From Eledone cirrhosa (lineage: Eukaryota): a stretch of DNA of 64,000 nucleotides. Position numbers and translations under genes: made by a program. This document shows, piece after piece, positions 35,235-49,838 of the stretch. Within the stretch, counting starts at the first letter, position 1. Each line of letters starts with the position of its first letter. The notes beneath the pieces are model-generated. The model was given only the letters and a program-made list of their open reading frames with translations. It had not been told where the DNA came from and ran no database searches. The stretch lies in NCBI GenBank assembly GCA_964016885.1, contig OZ024740.1:277326001-277390000 (forward strand). The letters run 5' to 3'.

Positions 35235-36113
35235 AAAAAAGTCAATCTGTGAACGCAGAAGTAAATATTTCAAAAAACGTTGCAACCGAAGGAAAACAGG
35301 AAGACGATACTTTGGTTCGTGGAAACGTTCCCTGGAAAGAACGGAAAAAAACGAAGATAAAACGTCATTATTCGGTGCGATGAAAACAATTACACGCAAA
35401 GACAAAACCACGTTTATGGTATCTTCAGGGTAAAGTGGGAGAAATAGGGTGGTTCGGTCCAGTCCAGGATGTTAAGATCAGAGGTGATATTAAACCCAGC
35501 ATCGTTGATTTCATTAATGACGCTCCGATTAGTTTTACGGTAATCCTTAGTTTCAGCATTATGTAGCAGTTGGTGGTAAGTACTGCGTACCACTTGATAT
35601 AAGTGCCAGTTTTGTCGGAATGGACGTGCACGGCATTAGAATCCTTAATAGAACGAATTCTATTCTTCAGGTCTTGCTGGAAGGAATTGCTCCTATTCCG
35701 AAATTTGATACTCCGTATGAGTTCCAAGACATCATTTTGAAATGGTAGCAATGCTGGGTTACTCGGAGGCTTATTATAGGTTTTAAACCCAAATTTATCC
35801 TGTTTATTGTCTGCTTTTTCCCTGATTATCGAAATAAAAGGCACGCCAGCGCAACCTTTTAATGAACGCGTCTGTTTTCTGTATCAGGAGTTTTAGGTAT
35901 GTTTTCCTGCTTGGTACGGGTATGTTCTTTGTAGAAATATTCAGATGTTGCTTTTGCATGATGAATATAAGTCAATAGAGTGCTCAACCGAGGGAGACAA
36001 ATAGTAATAATAATAAATTTGAAGACTAAAATCCAAAGAGGGCTCAATAAGTATAAATATATATCAGATATATAAGAACCGTAGAGCAAATATTTATTAA
36101 AATAACAGATTAA

Positions 36114-36164
36114 AGTTTAAGCAAAGAATCGCTGCTTTCACCCTTAACAGGATCTTCTGAAACT
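36114..36164 (-). ncRNA. Hammerhead-like motif (CAGAAGA core) in pLTR
   Basis: Same as 35184-35234 with one stem II C-to-T change giving a G-U pair. Confidence 0.62.
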
Positions 36165-36251
36165 AAAAAAGTCAATCTGTGAACGCAGAAGTAAATATTT
36201 CAAAAACGACTTTTGAAATATTTACTTCTACGTTCATAGATTGACTTCTTT

Positions 36252-36302
36252 AGTTTCAGAAGATCCCGTTAAGGGTGAAAGCAGCGATTCTTTGCTTAAA
36301 CT
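36252..36302 (+). ncRNA. Hammerhead-like motif (CAGAAGA core) in inverted pLTR
   Basis: AGTTT-CAGAAGA-TCCC-GTTAA-GGGT-GAAA-GCA...TGC-TT-AAACT. Confidence 0.65.
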
Positions 36303-36318
36303 TTAATCTGTTATTTTA

Positions 36319-36402
<84 letters not shown>

Positions 36403-36843
36403 GTCTGCATGTATTCATGTATATACATATGTGTATATATATATATAATATACATATGTTTAATCTATTCAATTTGAGATCCCAAGACGGCAGCAGTAAG
36501 GATAGAAAACACAATGGACAAACGCACCGGCCACAGCCAGATACAAACATAACACACAAAATCTGAACTCCTAAAAAAGCAATATAAAATTTGCGATGCA
36601 AATTGTATCAGGTGAGCACCAAGTGTTTCAAAGCATGGCTCTGAAAACTGAGCAGTTGCTGACGTGAATGCAACCTATCCCCACCAACCCTCAAGGCTGC
36701 TAATATCCGGATCGCCACATCTGTCATCCGTGTAAGTGTCATATTAGTATTGCTGATAAACATCATAAGACTGCTACAACTTAGTAAGAGAACCAAATTT
36801 CCGTATTTGAAGAACCTTGCTACATGTAATGAAAAATGGCATA

Positions 36844-37745
36844 TCTATATATATAAAACTGATGATGTCTGTCTGTGTGTGTGTGTATGAGTTTGAATCA
36901 CTAAAACTCGAGAACCACCCAACCGACTGTTTTCAAACTCTACACATGTAATACTTATGTTTCGGGGAGTGTTCTGAGCAAAAAGAATTTCAAATTTTCA
37001 ATGCCCTAGGGACCACATTAGGCGATTTAGCAATCTCTATCTATAATTCTTAGTCTTTCTCTTTGTAGATAGATACATACATATAACGTCGCGCCCTTAT
37101 AATACCTGTCTGTATGTCTGGTTGTCTGCATTACGTCACTTCTCTGAGGATGTCTCCTAGTTTGAATCCCTAAAACTCGAGAAGTACCCAACCGATCTTT
37201 TTTAAACTTTACATGTGTATTACTTATGTTTCAGGGAGTGATATGTACATAACGAAATTCAACATTTTGTCTCCTAGGTGAAAAACTGCGTTTTTTAAGC
37301 TTTTTAGGCTTTTTTGAGACGTTATGTCAGACCGATTTCCTTGAAATTGTAACTATGTATTAGTCAGTCTCTTCTTCATACCGTAGCAAAGAAAATCCAA
37401 CTTTTTTTTATGGCCTAGGGCCCGCATTAGGTGAAAAACTTCCTTTTTTCAACTTTTTAGGGCTTTTTGGAGGCGTTACGTCTCGCCGATTTTCCCGAAA
37501 TTTCAAAGCATATTATGCACATAAAAAAAAATTCATTTTCTTGATCCCCTAGGGCCCGCATTAGGTGAAAACCTGCAATTTTCCTGCTTCATCGAGGAAA
37601 ATCTTAAAGATTATCCAGCCATCAGAGTATTCGGTTTATTTTCTTCACAAATTGTCCAGGCATGCAGTTTTTCCACGATTACGTCTGTTGGCGGCCCGCG
37701 TTCCAAAATATCTTTATCCCGTGCAACGCGGGATACCACTGCTAG
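36844..37745 (+). mobile_element. Non-autonomous Helitron
   Basis: 5' A|TC, 3' hairpin TATCCCGTGCAACGCGGGATA followed by CTAG|T, no TSD, internal subrepeats. Confidence 0.85.
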
Positions 37746-39908
37746 TAACATATAAAGAAACGCATCTGACATCGAACAGACAGGATAGAAAACAAGTCGT
37801 TGTGGAGTTGCAATATACTTACGTGAGGACTGCACGTGACTGTCACACTTTAACTCGGTTTGTGACACTGATAGTGTATTAACAACAACTCAAAACAGTT
37901 ATATGTTGAGCATGTCGTCCATTAGATGCCTCAAATCTTAAGATAAATTCGATGACCGTTTAGAATAATAGAAGGCTTATTAACTAAACTGGGCCAACGT
38001 ATCAATGTACGTCGCTGGCGTAATTTCAACCTCTCGAATATCATATGGCTCAAAGATTGCGTACTTTTAGGAATCTACAAGCTGATTAAAGTAAAGTAGA
38101 ATTCCTGCTTGAAGTGTTTAGCACAATGTTCATTAATCATATTGCACTTTATTCAATGAGGACCAATGATATTTTAGATCTCTATTTCACAAATATTGTG
38201 GAAATTATCCACAATGTAAAAGTGACACCAACACTTTTCTTGGACCACATCATAATACATGGTATGAAATTCCAGTAGTAACTTTCACAAAGTTCACAGG
38301 AAAACGATTCAGAGAGAGCTCCTTAAAATATCTGACCTGAAATATCTCCATGCAAAACACCGGCATATAACTTAAACAATTTGTGACAGTAATGCACGCC
38401 GCATGCACTAAAGTTGTTCGTTAAAACGACCAAGACATACAGAAACAAAATCCCCAGAGATAAAGGATTTTACGTGTCTCTTGTTTTAATTAATTTAATT
38501 TGGAAATAAAATTTGACCATGGTGGGATTTATACTCAGTGTACCTATGGCCAGAACAACTGCAACAAAGCATTCTATCTACCGTTTTATCGATTATTCTA
38601 ATTTGTCACTTAATTTTTTATTATTGTTATCACATTCTTTCAGTCAAATATTTTCTATTTTGAATAAGAGCAAAACTTATTACAGAAAATACTAAACGAA
38701 CAATGGACATGTCATATAAAAATCTAAATGTACAGTAACATAAACACATGACAAAATATGTGAATAAATTTAATAAATAAAATAACAAATATCATGTCGT
38801 AAAACTCCACGTATTTAAAGTTGTAACAATGAACCATCCCATAAATATTAATTTAAACTGTATGATTTAACACATATAAACTTACATATACATAAACAGC
38901 CACATACACACACACATATATGTATGTGTGTATATATATATATACATATTTATATATATATAGAGAGAGAGATACATATATATATATATATTTAAGGCGA
39001 ACTAGCCAGTTTTAGAATTCCCTTTTTCGGATTATATTACTGTGAGAGCCCTGGTTTTCTGTTGAGCTCTGCTGATGATTGAAATTCCAACCGTGACCAT
39101 CTCCACTGAAAGTTTTCATGAAATAGTCTTTTAAGACTATACAGAGCATTTGATGTTATTCCAAATTGAAGGATAAGTGTTTCAGATTTTATTTTATCAT
39201 GAGTTAAATGTCTATAGATTTTCCCTGGATTTTACTAAATTCTGTGGATGAATTTATATCCTGATTCTCTTTTGAGATGAGTTTGAGTTCTTTTCCTAAA
39301 TCTTTCGTTAACTACTTTTCCCATCTTGACGTTATAGTCGCATATATGTTATAGAATGCCGTTAGCTTCTTGCTAAAACAATCTCTATACCTCTCATTTA
39401 TATATATATATGTATATATGTTTATACACACCACAAATATCACAATATATCAAATGTTGAAGACTTGCTTATTTTTTACGATTTTCTATATTAGAGGAGT
39501 TGTTGTTCAAAGTTTTAAAATATGATAATAATGATAATATATATATATTTATGTGTGCGTGTGTTTGTATGTGTGTGTGCATGTGTGTGTATGTTTGCGT
39601 GAGTGTGTATGCTTGTGTGTGTTTGTATGAATGTGTTACATATTTACCAAGTTTCTCTCTAATTCTCGCTATGTGTTTTATAAGATTATATGTGAGTTTG
39701 CTTCTTATTAGTTTTGTGTGTAATTTCAATAGTTTGGCAAGTCTGAATAGCTGTATACATCAAACTGTCTACTCCAAGACCAGTAGGCTGTAGGCAAAAT
39801 ATATATAGAAATTATTGTACAGTACAATATATCCCAAAGATATAGCTGATACATCCTAAGTAATCTTTCAGAATCATATACTTGATTATAAGTGTATTGA
39901 TCTTACCA

Positions 39909-39995
<87 letters not shown>

Positions 39996-40147
39996 TCGTA
40001 TGTGTGTGTGTGCGTATGTGTGTGTGTGTGCGTGTGCCTATGTATGCATGTACATTCACATATACACACACATACACACACACACACACACACTCACACA
40101 CACACTCACACACACACGCACACGCACACACACACACACACACACAT

Positions 40148-40209
<62 letters not shown>

Positions 40210-40578
40210 GTTTGTGAGGGTGTCTTTGCGCGTGCATAACTTTATTCATACATCTGTTAACTCATAGTAGATTCTCACAATGTTTAATCAAATGCTACAA
40301 AATATTGATGCTTGATAAATAGTAAGAAAAACAAATAATTACATTTAAATATTACTTGGACACTGCTAATTCGTTACTAGTTTCCTGAATTTTAGTCATG
40401 TTTGCAACAAAGATATTTGGGGAAGCCTCATTGAAACTGAAATTTAAATAACGAATTGCATTTCCAGCTACACCATGCTGTAACATATTTAGTATTCAGT
40501 ACAGAAAACTGAAACTAAAAATAAAATAAAAATATTAGTGTTAAACCTCTATAGCTAATTACAGTTATTACAATGTAT

Positions 40579-40765
40579 AGGTGGTGGATTGGCAGTATCG
40601 GTAGAGAGTCGGACGCCATACTATAGAGTTACAGCCCTTTACGGTCTGAGTTCAAATCCCGCCGAGGTTAACTTTGTCTTTTATCCTTACGGGGTCGATA
40701 AAATAAAGTACCAGTAATACACTGCTTTAATTGCTGGCCTTGTGCCAAAAATAGAAACAGTTATT
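40579..40765 (+). mobile_element. Full-length SINE family A copy (others at 8387-8468, 19183-19360, 50620-50815, 53792-53912, 55108-55198, 61473-61625)
   Basis: GGTGGTGGATTGGCAGTATCGG head, B-box, conserved body and tail. Confidence 0.8.
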
Positions 40766-42207
40766 ACAATGTATTGAATTCTGTCATTGGGGATGTAAAT
40801 GACTTGATCATAAAGACATTTTGATAGCAGATGTACGATGGATGCCGTATGTGTGATTGGATCAAACTCAGAGCATATACTTTTTAGTTCAAGCTGCTAC
40901 AAATAGTTATCAAATCTCTCTCAATCAAGGTCATATTGACTTAAATAATGAAAGCCATATTAGATAATGTAGTAGACAGGCACTAGTGGACCTGTTTAGC
41001 TCTACGCACGATGGTTCTTCGCTGATCTAGGATAACCCCACCAGTCCCATCGAGCAAGAACAAGACAAAGATCTCACTTTGAACATTCACACTGTACTCA
41101 CTATTGCCGGACCGGGTAGTTCGTTCTGTCCTTCAGAAAAAAACACTTTATTCCACGTATCACCAGTCCACTCAGCCGGCAAAAAATAAGTTCAACACAA
41201 AATTCAATGGACCATCCTTATCGCACATTGTGTCACGCCGAATAGGTATATTGGCATTCTACTATTTTAGTAAACAGTTCCTAATTATTTACGTAAGAGA
41301 TTTCGGTGAGCAAAGCCACCAAATACAAGGACTTGATCTAAAAAGGCAGTGATAAACGGTGGTAGGCTTGGTTAGCTCCAGCGTAGATTGGGTGAAGGAT
41401 TTTCATGGAATAGTCTGTGTGGATGACGTTTGTAGCTCTTGGAATACGAAGAAGGGAAAGAATGGCAGCTACTCACAAGCTAATGATGTCAACGAAAGAA
41501 TCATCTTGCTAGCACTGGAACCGGCTCTGGAGAGGAGAGGTGCAAAATACGTTAGCGAGTGATTAGTCATCACCGTCGAGCAACCAACTCCTGTATGTTG
41601 TGGCTTTGGAACGAAACATCCGATATATTTTGGCTACCACTTAACGATTTCTTCTGCTGCCCGAAATCTACTGCAATTATAGTCATTAGCAAGCTCAGGA
41701 GTTGAATTTAATAATTGTTGTTGATGATATTTATATTTTTCCTTTCGCAAGTCGAGAAACTACGTAGATATTCCATTTAGTTTTTACTCGTAATGTTTTT
41801 AGTAATGGCATTTTATGAATTTGTGTCGATAAAAATGCACCATCACAGTGATGACGCATTCCTCACTTTCTTTAGCTGTCGTTACCTGGATGTTTTCTGG
41901 TTCAAGATTTGGTGAGTCGAAAGGATGTCTGTGTTTGCTTGTGACAATATGGGTACATAAAACCACGAACGAAAATGTCGTGCAAGCTAACAAGTCATCT
42001 TCGATTAAGAGTGATGACCATACATATAATTATTCCTACTTTTGACACAAATTCAGCAATTTAAAGCAATGTAAATCGACTAAATCGCCACCAGTCCTTT
42101 ACTGGTAATTTATTTTATCGATGCCTTAAGTATGAAATCACCATACTTATAATTGCAGCAAAGTGATCCTTAAATGTATTTTATTCGTAAAGGATCTTTG
42201 AGTGTTT

Positions 42208-44750
42208 ATCATCATCATCAGGTCGAGCTTGCTCGGCCTTCTACGACACGTTTCCTCCATCCATCTCTGTCTCTCATAGCGTTTGCCAGTTCTTCCGCAG
42301 TGCATCCAGTATCGTCCTCAAGTTGCTTGACGTATGTCTTCTTGGGACGACCAGCGTTTCTTGCTCCATAACAATACATCGCTCACTATTTCTTCCTTTC
42401 TGCGCCAACAGTGGCCATCAAATCTGAGTCTCTGTTTACGTATTGACTTGCTGATAGATGGTATATTGCCATAGATATCTTTATTTGTTGGGTGTTCCCT
42501 CCAAGATACGTTTAAAGCAGCACGGAGCATACGTGTGTATGCCCCGTCTAGCTTTTTCTCCAGTTTTGACGTTAGCGTCCAAGTGATAGAGCCATAAACA
42601 AGCACAGATTCCACAGCAGCTCTCAAGAAATTCCTTTTCAGTTTGGTCGGCAGGTTTGATTTCCATATTTTTTCCATTGCATTCAATGCTCCCCAGGCTT
42701 TTCTCAGTCTGATGTTAACATCATGTTCTGTGGAGGCGATATAGCTACCCATGTATTTGAAGTCGTCAACTTGCTTGATTATATCGCCGTTTAGACTTCG
42801 CATACCAACTGAGGAGTCTTGGTTCAGGCAAATATATTGTTTTGCCTGCGTTGACATAGAGTTCGATTCTGTGAAGTAGTGATGTTGTATCATTAAGGTA
42901 GTCAGCGAGGACTGCTAAATCATCCGCATAGTCAGCATCGGTGATTTTATGAGATGCATGGCGTCTACACTTTCGCATTGTGAGAGTGAAACCAAGCTCT
43001 AAGTTTTCGTCCAGGGCTTTTCTCAATACATAGTCGAGGCAGATGATAAAAATATATGATGCAAGAGTATCCCCTTGGAGTACTCCTGCAATGATGTCAA
43101 AGAAGTTGGTATCTCCATCAGGTGAGCGCACCATTGCGCGGGTGTTTTTATATAACATCATGATGGCATTTACTGTTTCCTTTGGTAAGCCGTAGGGTAG
43201 AAGTATCTCTCTCATCCTCCCATGATAGATGGAATCAAATTCTTTTGAAAAGTCAATAAACAGGAGAGTTGCTGGGAGGCTTTTGGCTTTTACGCCTTCC
43301 AAGATACGCCGAATAGTAAGTATTTGCCCTGATGTTGATCTGTTGGTGCGGAAGCCATTTTGTTTTTTTCTCAGCAAGGGGTCAATGACAGGTCTTATTC
43401 TGTTAAGCAGCATGAGATTGTATATCTTTGCGGCAATTGCCATTAGTGTTATGCCACGGTAGTTTTTAGCCATTCCAAGATCGCCCTTTTTTGAAAAAGG
43501 GAGTATGCATGCCTCAGTCCATTTGTCTATGGGGTCTTGATTATAAACACCATTACACAACTCTAGTAGGATTGGGTAAAATTCAGGTACCTTCCACACT
43601 TCAGCTGGGATCTCGTCGGAACCGCACGCTTTTCTGTTACCAATACTTTTTACTGCTTTCTGTAGTTCCTCTATAGTGAAAGGACCTTTCTGTATTTGGT
43701 GTTCCTCTGTAAAAACGGGTATTATTTCTTCTTCGATGATCTGTGGTGCTTTGCCAAGTAGGTTCTGAAAATGTTGTTGCCACAGTTTTAAACGTTCGTC
43801 TTGGCTGGAGGCTTTCAGTTTGGCTCTGTCACTACTTTTTCTGCCACTATTTTCATTGACAGTTTTCTAGGCTTCAGCAGACCTCTTATTGCTGACAGTA
43901 CTTGAGATATGATTGATCCTTTTCTGCATGTATTCGGCTTGCTCAATTTTATACTCACTTTTCAGTGCTGTACAAGCAGCATTGAAGTTACTAATGTTTT
44001 CTGGAGATCGTTGAGTGTCTTTCAATTCTGCAGCTTTTCGCAACTCTTTAAGCTTTTGGCGTATCCTCTCTATTTCCCAGGGTTTTCGTTTTTTAACCTT
44101 GGGTTTTAAAGGGATGGTGTCGGCCGCTTCCTCTTTGAATGCCATTTTAAAGTGGTTAAATGTAGAATTTGACGATGTTGTTGGCGCAGAGTCTTGTAGG
44201 GCAGCAAATCGGCTGCTCAGTTGGGTTACAAAGGTTTTGTAAGTCTCAGGATTGGTATTCAGAACTGCCCAGTTGTAAGGAGTAGCATTTGCAGATTTCT
44301 TTTTATTCACTCGGAGACTTAATCGTATCTTGGCCGAGACAATGCGATGATCCGAGTCAACACTAACAAATGAGTCATATGCTCTGCAGTTTTTTGCGCT
44401 GTTCTTCCATTTTCGATTGATTATGATATAATCCAGTTGTGTCTTGTCGCCATTTGGAGATGTGTGTGTCCACCGCTGGCCTGGTCTTTTTTTGGAATAT
44501 GGCGTTGAGACATCGTAAATTGTTCTCAAACAAGTAATCCCTCAGCCTACAACCGTTTCTATTGGTTTGTGAGTGGTATGAGAATTTGAATCCATCAAGC
44601 TGTCCAAGACGAGCGTTGAAGTCTCCGCCAATGATGATAACATTATGTTTCGGGATTTGTCTAGTGAGTGATGTTAGTTCCATGTCGAACCTCTCTACTT
44701 CGGCCATGTCACATACATTTGTTGGACTATAGCAAGAGATTACAGTGGTT
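42208..44750 (-). mobile_element. RTE-clade LINE, 5'-truncated (partial APE endonuclease plus RT), decayed
   Basis: GGDFNA, LDYI and SDHR (APE). NYRGITL, QNGFR, FIDFSK, GVLQGD and YADD (RT). (TGA)n tail, stops and frameshifts. Confidence 0.92.
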
Positions 44751-45284
44751 TTCCTTGTTTATCACTGCTTGGTATTTTGATAATGAAGCAGACATAAGCA
44801 ATATCAGTTAACCAGCTTACCGCCAACGCATTATTATCTTCTTCACACATTGAGATTGCTGTTACTAATATTTCAAAAGTAAACATTAGAGCTTTAATAT
44901 TGTTGTTGTTGCTGTTGTGGAGTGGTATATTTATTGATTTATATGTCGGATTTTCATCAGTGTCAAAATTATATAGAGATAAAACGCGATAACTTATCGA
45001 CTAAGACGATTTGTATCTTTTCTGTACTGTCTTTATTTAGCATTATATCATTTAATATATTGATGGATACATTCAAAGGATTATCTTAGTTATACGCACA
45101 TACAAAATCACAATTCTTGTCACGAACAACGATATACGCCAAAAACAAGCTTATAATATTTATTCGTTTCATTCCGTATCACAAGTTTTCATAGCAGATT
45201 CTTGGTGGATAGTTTGTCCACATCTTCTACACAAAATCTCTCACATACAACCCATACAAATATACATAAACCAACGTATATACA

Positions 45285-47390
45285 CTTCTTCTACTTCTTT
45301 TACTTCTTCTTTGTGGAGACAGAGCTGTAAAGCCCACCTTCCAGTGAAACCAGTCGACCTCATAGATGCTGTCCAAATATCTTGCACGGTGTCTAACCCT
45401 AGGTCTCTTGCCGGATGGTTTTGACCATAACATCTGTCCACCAATTCTTTCCTAAGGCATTCTAATCCCATATCCGTAATATCGGAGCTGTGATCTCTCA
45501 ATTTGGAGAAGTAACGACTCTACCTGGAGTGACTCATTGATCGCCAATCTACGCACTCTATCGAGTATCGTTACTCCAGTAAACTTTTGGAGGGACCCAT
45601 TTCGGCCGCTTCTCTTCACAACCCTATTCCTTCGGTCTTCATCCTATACTCATGGCCATAGGTAAGGGTTTCTAAGATAGGGAGTTTGGCTTTTACACAT
45701 ACCCCCTTCTTCTGATTAACGAATGCTGAAACTGGCACTTTACTGCACCAGCTCCTGCAATTCCTGCATTTAATTCATCCTATTATCTTCTATCAGTCGT
45801 GAACACGGCCTCGAGATACTTGAACAAACGTTTTCACCTGCTTCAGTGGAACTCCACATACATAGGATGTAGTGTGCAAGGTTTCTTGAGAGGCCCAGTG
45901 TCTCAGGCCTCGCAGCACTGATTTTCATTCCAGCCATGCAGCACTTGACAGCATACCTATCTAGGGGATGCTAGAGATCATCTTCTGACTAGTTAGGTAT
46001 TACCATGTCGTATGCAAATTCCAGCCTACTGATCCATTAATCATGGCACCACTTCCAACCTGGCAGAGTATGTCAATCCTGTCCATGAATATTATAAACA
46101 GGAGAAGTGAAAGTATTCACCCTTGACAAGGGGTCCAACAACCACATCGAATGGTTTTGCAACATTTATCCAGTCACAAATACTAGGGTATTCATATAGA
46201 GACATCAGGGCAACTATAAGTCGGATTTAAGCTTAACCCAAGACTCTTCCCATATATTGGGACAACGTTACTCACTCTCTTTCTCTCTCTAATGTGGAAT
46301 TTGTTCAGCAAATGCAAAAAGGAGGACACATTTCTAAGCCAAGCGTTGTGTGCCTCCTTCTTTGTTCGGATAGCATCTTTGACCCCTTGATTGAACTGGC
46401 TGGTCCGCTTGCCACCCGGCATCACACGAAACCACTTGTTCGCGCAATATTTAACAGCTGAGGCAGAAACTGCCGAGCTGAACAGTCTCCACTCCATTTT
46501 AACGTCGAGTTTTCTCTGAAAACTCTCAGAATTTGGATGCAATATTATCCGCAAACATGTTCCTGAATTCCTTATCTGCCAGCACTTCCCACTTTATCCT
46601 GTAGGTTGAGAGGGATCTGCCAGTTTTGTGGGTTCTATTGCCTTTAGGTAGTCGCAGGTTGCAGATAACTAGATGGTGATCAGATAACAGCTCACACCTC
46701 TCTTAACACGAACATCCAAGGCTTAATCGAAGGGATCAAAGACAATATCAAAATCAGAATATTGATCTCTTTCCCCGATTCCCCATAAACCACGTGTATT
46801 TATGGATGTCCTTGAGCAGGAACAAAAATCCAATAAGGCATTTCTATTCGTATTTAGATCGGGATCGCCATCCCTTCCAATTACTCTTTTCCATGTCAGG
46901 CTGTCAGTACCAACATGTGCATTGAAGTCTCCCATTAGGGTATATGACTCAATCTTAAGTACATCTATCGCTGCAGTGACTTCATCAATGAAGGATCCAT
47001 ATTCGTACGCGCTGTTTGGTGCATAAAATTCAAGAGGCAAATCCTCTCTCCCAATGGGATCCAGTTCATAAACACATTCTGACAGCCGGGGTTTGTGAGC
47101 ATCCAATGTTACGTCGATGCAGTCATTTCTGGCACTACTCCTGAATACTGGAGTGTCCATGCTCAATCCAATTCTACAATATCAGAATCACGGATCTTTG
47201 TTGAAGAAGTCCCAACTATATCCAGCCGGCAGCATCTGGTATTTTCCAGTAGTTCCTTACCTGTATGGATGGTTACGTTCCAGTTATCAATTTTCAAAGC
47301 TTGCCCCCTTTCAGACCCTCTTTGGGGTGTCGTGATACGTCACCTTTGTGCGTCCATCCCGCGCCTCCCATGACAGCTTGCAGTTCCGTC
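45285..47390 (-). mobile_element. Heavily decayed RTE-type LINE
   Basis: MGDFNAHVG and SDH (APE) remnants, RT and C-terminal remnants, GAA-type tail. Confidence 0.75.
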
Positions 47391-48839
47391 ACCTTTTCTT
47401 GAAGCGTTGGTTGTGGAATGCAATATATTTTTAGAACAGACCCTCTACCTAAAGCATGAATGCGTGTCTGTTTATCATATGCGAAGGAAGATACGATATG
47501 ACTACCTTTATTGTTTCTGGTCATATTGCAGTGCTTTGGTGATAGTATTCGCACCAGTCACCAATTTGGTACTTCTCTCAAACCCGCGAGGACTAGACTT
47601 TTTTATAGGCACCCATTACCCGCCGCGTTATAACTATATCACAGGGTTGTGAGAGTTTTCTTGGTAGCTAACAATGTCACCTCTTGTTCCATCACCCCTA
47701 ATAGTTTACCGTTGTTCTACTAGAGAATGAGTCGCGGATAGAGATACGGCCACTAGATATGATTGTTACTTGAGATATAAGCGAACACCTGTCAGAGGAA
47801 CAAGCAGCCTCGGACAAACATATATTTACTTATAGAAATATATGCTTTCTCACCATTCGTATATATATACACACATACACACACATATACACACATACAC
47901 ACACATATATATACACACACACATAAATACACACACATAACCCCCCCCCCCCCCCACATATATATATATATACACATGCGACTAAAAGTTTTTAAAATGT
48001 ACCTTCAACGTAATTGCTCGAATTGCTAGAGGAACAATACAAATGTAAACAACATCCACTATGTATTACCATTTTCTCTTTTTCAGATGATATTAATAGC
48101 TTCTGATGAGAAACCAATTAGCATCTAAAATGGATTAAAGACATTTATCACTTATTGCAGTTTATAGGGAAATGCATTTGTCATGTTTACAATGTCTATC
48201 TACTGAACGTGAAGATTATATAAACATTTGTGCAGTCTAGGTTAAATCCATACTGCATATATCCATCCAGACACGCTTCGAATTGTGGAAATATCGCTGG
48301 ATTAAGTATTTACATGGTCTTACTCAAAAAGGAAATGCAGCAGAAGCAATGGGGACAAGTATATATGCGCATTTCGATCTGCTGGATTTCATCACGACAG
48401 TGATTCCTCGGCTCTCTGCTGGACTTTGAAAATATATAGTTTTTTCGTCTGTGTAGGTGGGCTGATTAGCCCCATTTGCATATGAAGCTGTATAATTGGC
48501 TCAACTTAAAAGTAGAATGAATATTTAGCTTCGCCATGTATGTAAATTTCGTATATATATAAAGATATATGGTATATTTAATAAATAAATGCTTTGAAAG
48601 CCAAGCTTTAGATATCTATTATAATATAACATATCTTTTGTAATTGAATTAATGCACAAAAGTACTGAATTTTTATTTTACTGCTTCTGCTTCTTAATCT
48701 GCTTTTGATTACACCCTGTGTTGCTTTTAAATATAACAACGCTTGGCATGCTGTTTTTTTTTTATACCATATGAGTCTAATCTGTATTATGATGTCACTT
48801 TTTACATGTTTGTATCTTGATGCCTGTAACAATAAGACC

Positions 48840-49500
48840 CTCATAGAACTGGACATGAAAGGAATTTGCCCATTATACAGGAGTAAATCATGGAATAGCT
48901 TAGATAGGACTAAACATAAGATATGGAAAGCCACCTCATGGTACGACAACCAGAGATACCAGAGTGTCATGTTCGTGGATGCTACCCCTGGGGGGAAATT
49001 AGCTAACCAATGTAGAAAGGCCATAAGAAAGACCCACTTAAAGATTAAAGTGGTAGAAAAGCCAGGAACTACCATAAAATCCCTGATCAGCAAAACATAC
49101 CCCTTTAAGAAAATCCACTGTACTAATAAGAAATGTGTTATATGTAAAGTAAACGCCCAGATAAACTGTAAAACTAGAAATGTAGTCTATAACATAAGAT
49201 GTACAGAGGGTACTTGCAGAAACATGACAACAACATATATAGATGAGACTGCTCGAAGCGTAGGAGAAAGGATAGACCAACACTAGGGGGGGGGGGTTAT
49301 TAAAAGGACAAAAAAACGGTTCTGTACTATACGGACACGCCAGACAAAGACATGAAAATAACATAGACAACATAGAAATTAAAATAATATCTAAACATAG
49401 AAATGACCCTACAGGTAGGCAAATCAGAGAAGCGAGCGAAATAGAGCTTAGAAAGCCAAAGTAAACAGAAAAAATGAATGGAATAACAACAACAACCATA
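48840..49500 (+). mobile_element. Penelope-like element 3' remnant (Cys linker plus GIY-YIG endonuclease)
   Basis: VMFVDATPGGKLA...C...C..C...NCKTRNVVYNIRC...YIDETARSVGERIDQH, with a stop downstream. Confidence 0.8.
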
Positions 49501-49696
49501 CCCAAACAAACAATACTGACTTTATAGAAATATAAATAAATAAATAAATAAATACACAAGTACAATAACAACAAACATATAAACACACACTAATAAACAA
49601 AGATAGAATACAAAAACCAAAACACATACACCCAAACGCGAACACACACACCAAACACATTATACACACACGCAAACGCATGCGCAGAGACGGAGA

Positions 49697-49727
<31 letters not shown>

Positions 49728-49784
49728 AAACAGATAAAATAAAAATGGCGTAGACATTACAATACAATAGGAGAAAACCTGATA

Positions 49785-49838
49785 ATAGTACCACTGATGA
49801 TATTGCAGATGAGCAACGAAAGAACTTTGTTAGACTAT
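49785..49838 (+). ncRNA. Degenerate minimal hammerhead downstream of the PLE ORF
   Basis: CTGATGA-TA-TTGC-AGATGA-GCAA-C-GAAA-GAAC-TT, with imperfect stem I (ATAGT/ACTAT). Confidence 0.5.

Larger units (their letters stand above)
35070..36325 (-). mobile_element. Penelope-like element remnant with pseudo-LTRs (direct repeats 35070-35278 and ~36000-36206, inverted copy ~36210-36325)
   Basis: Minus-strand ORF remnant (FGFKT...FQNDVLELIRSIKFR...SDKT) resembles the PLE region upstream of RT. Each repeat carries an HHR-like motif. Confidence 0.75.

Noticed and set aside
40579-40665. tRNA gene
   Set aside because: A/B boxes are present but there is no cloverleaf, and the sequence continues into a multi-copy SINE body.
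41100-42050. Moderately GC-rich stretch with short ORFs
   Set aside because: No recognisable domain or consistent splice structure. Probably an old repeat.
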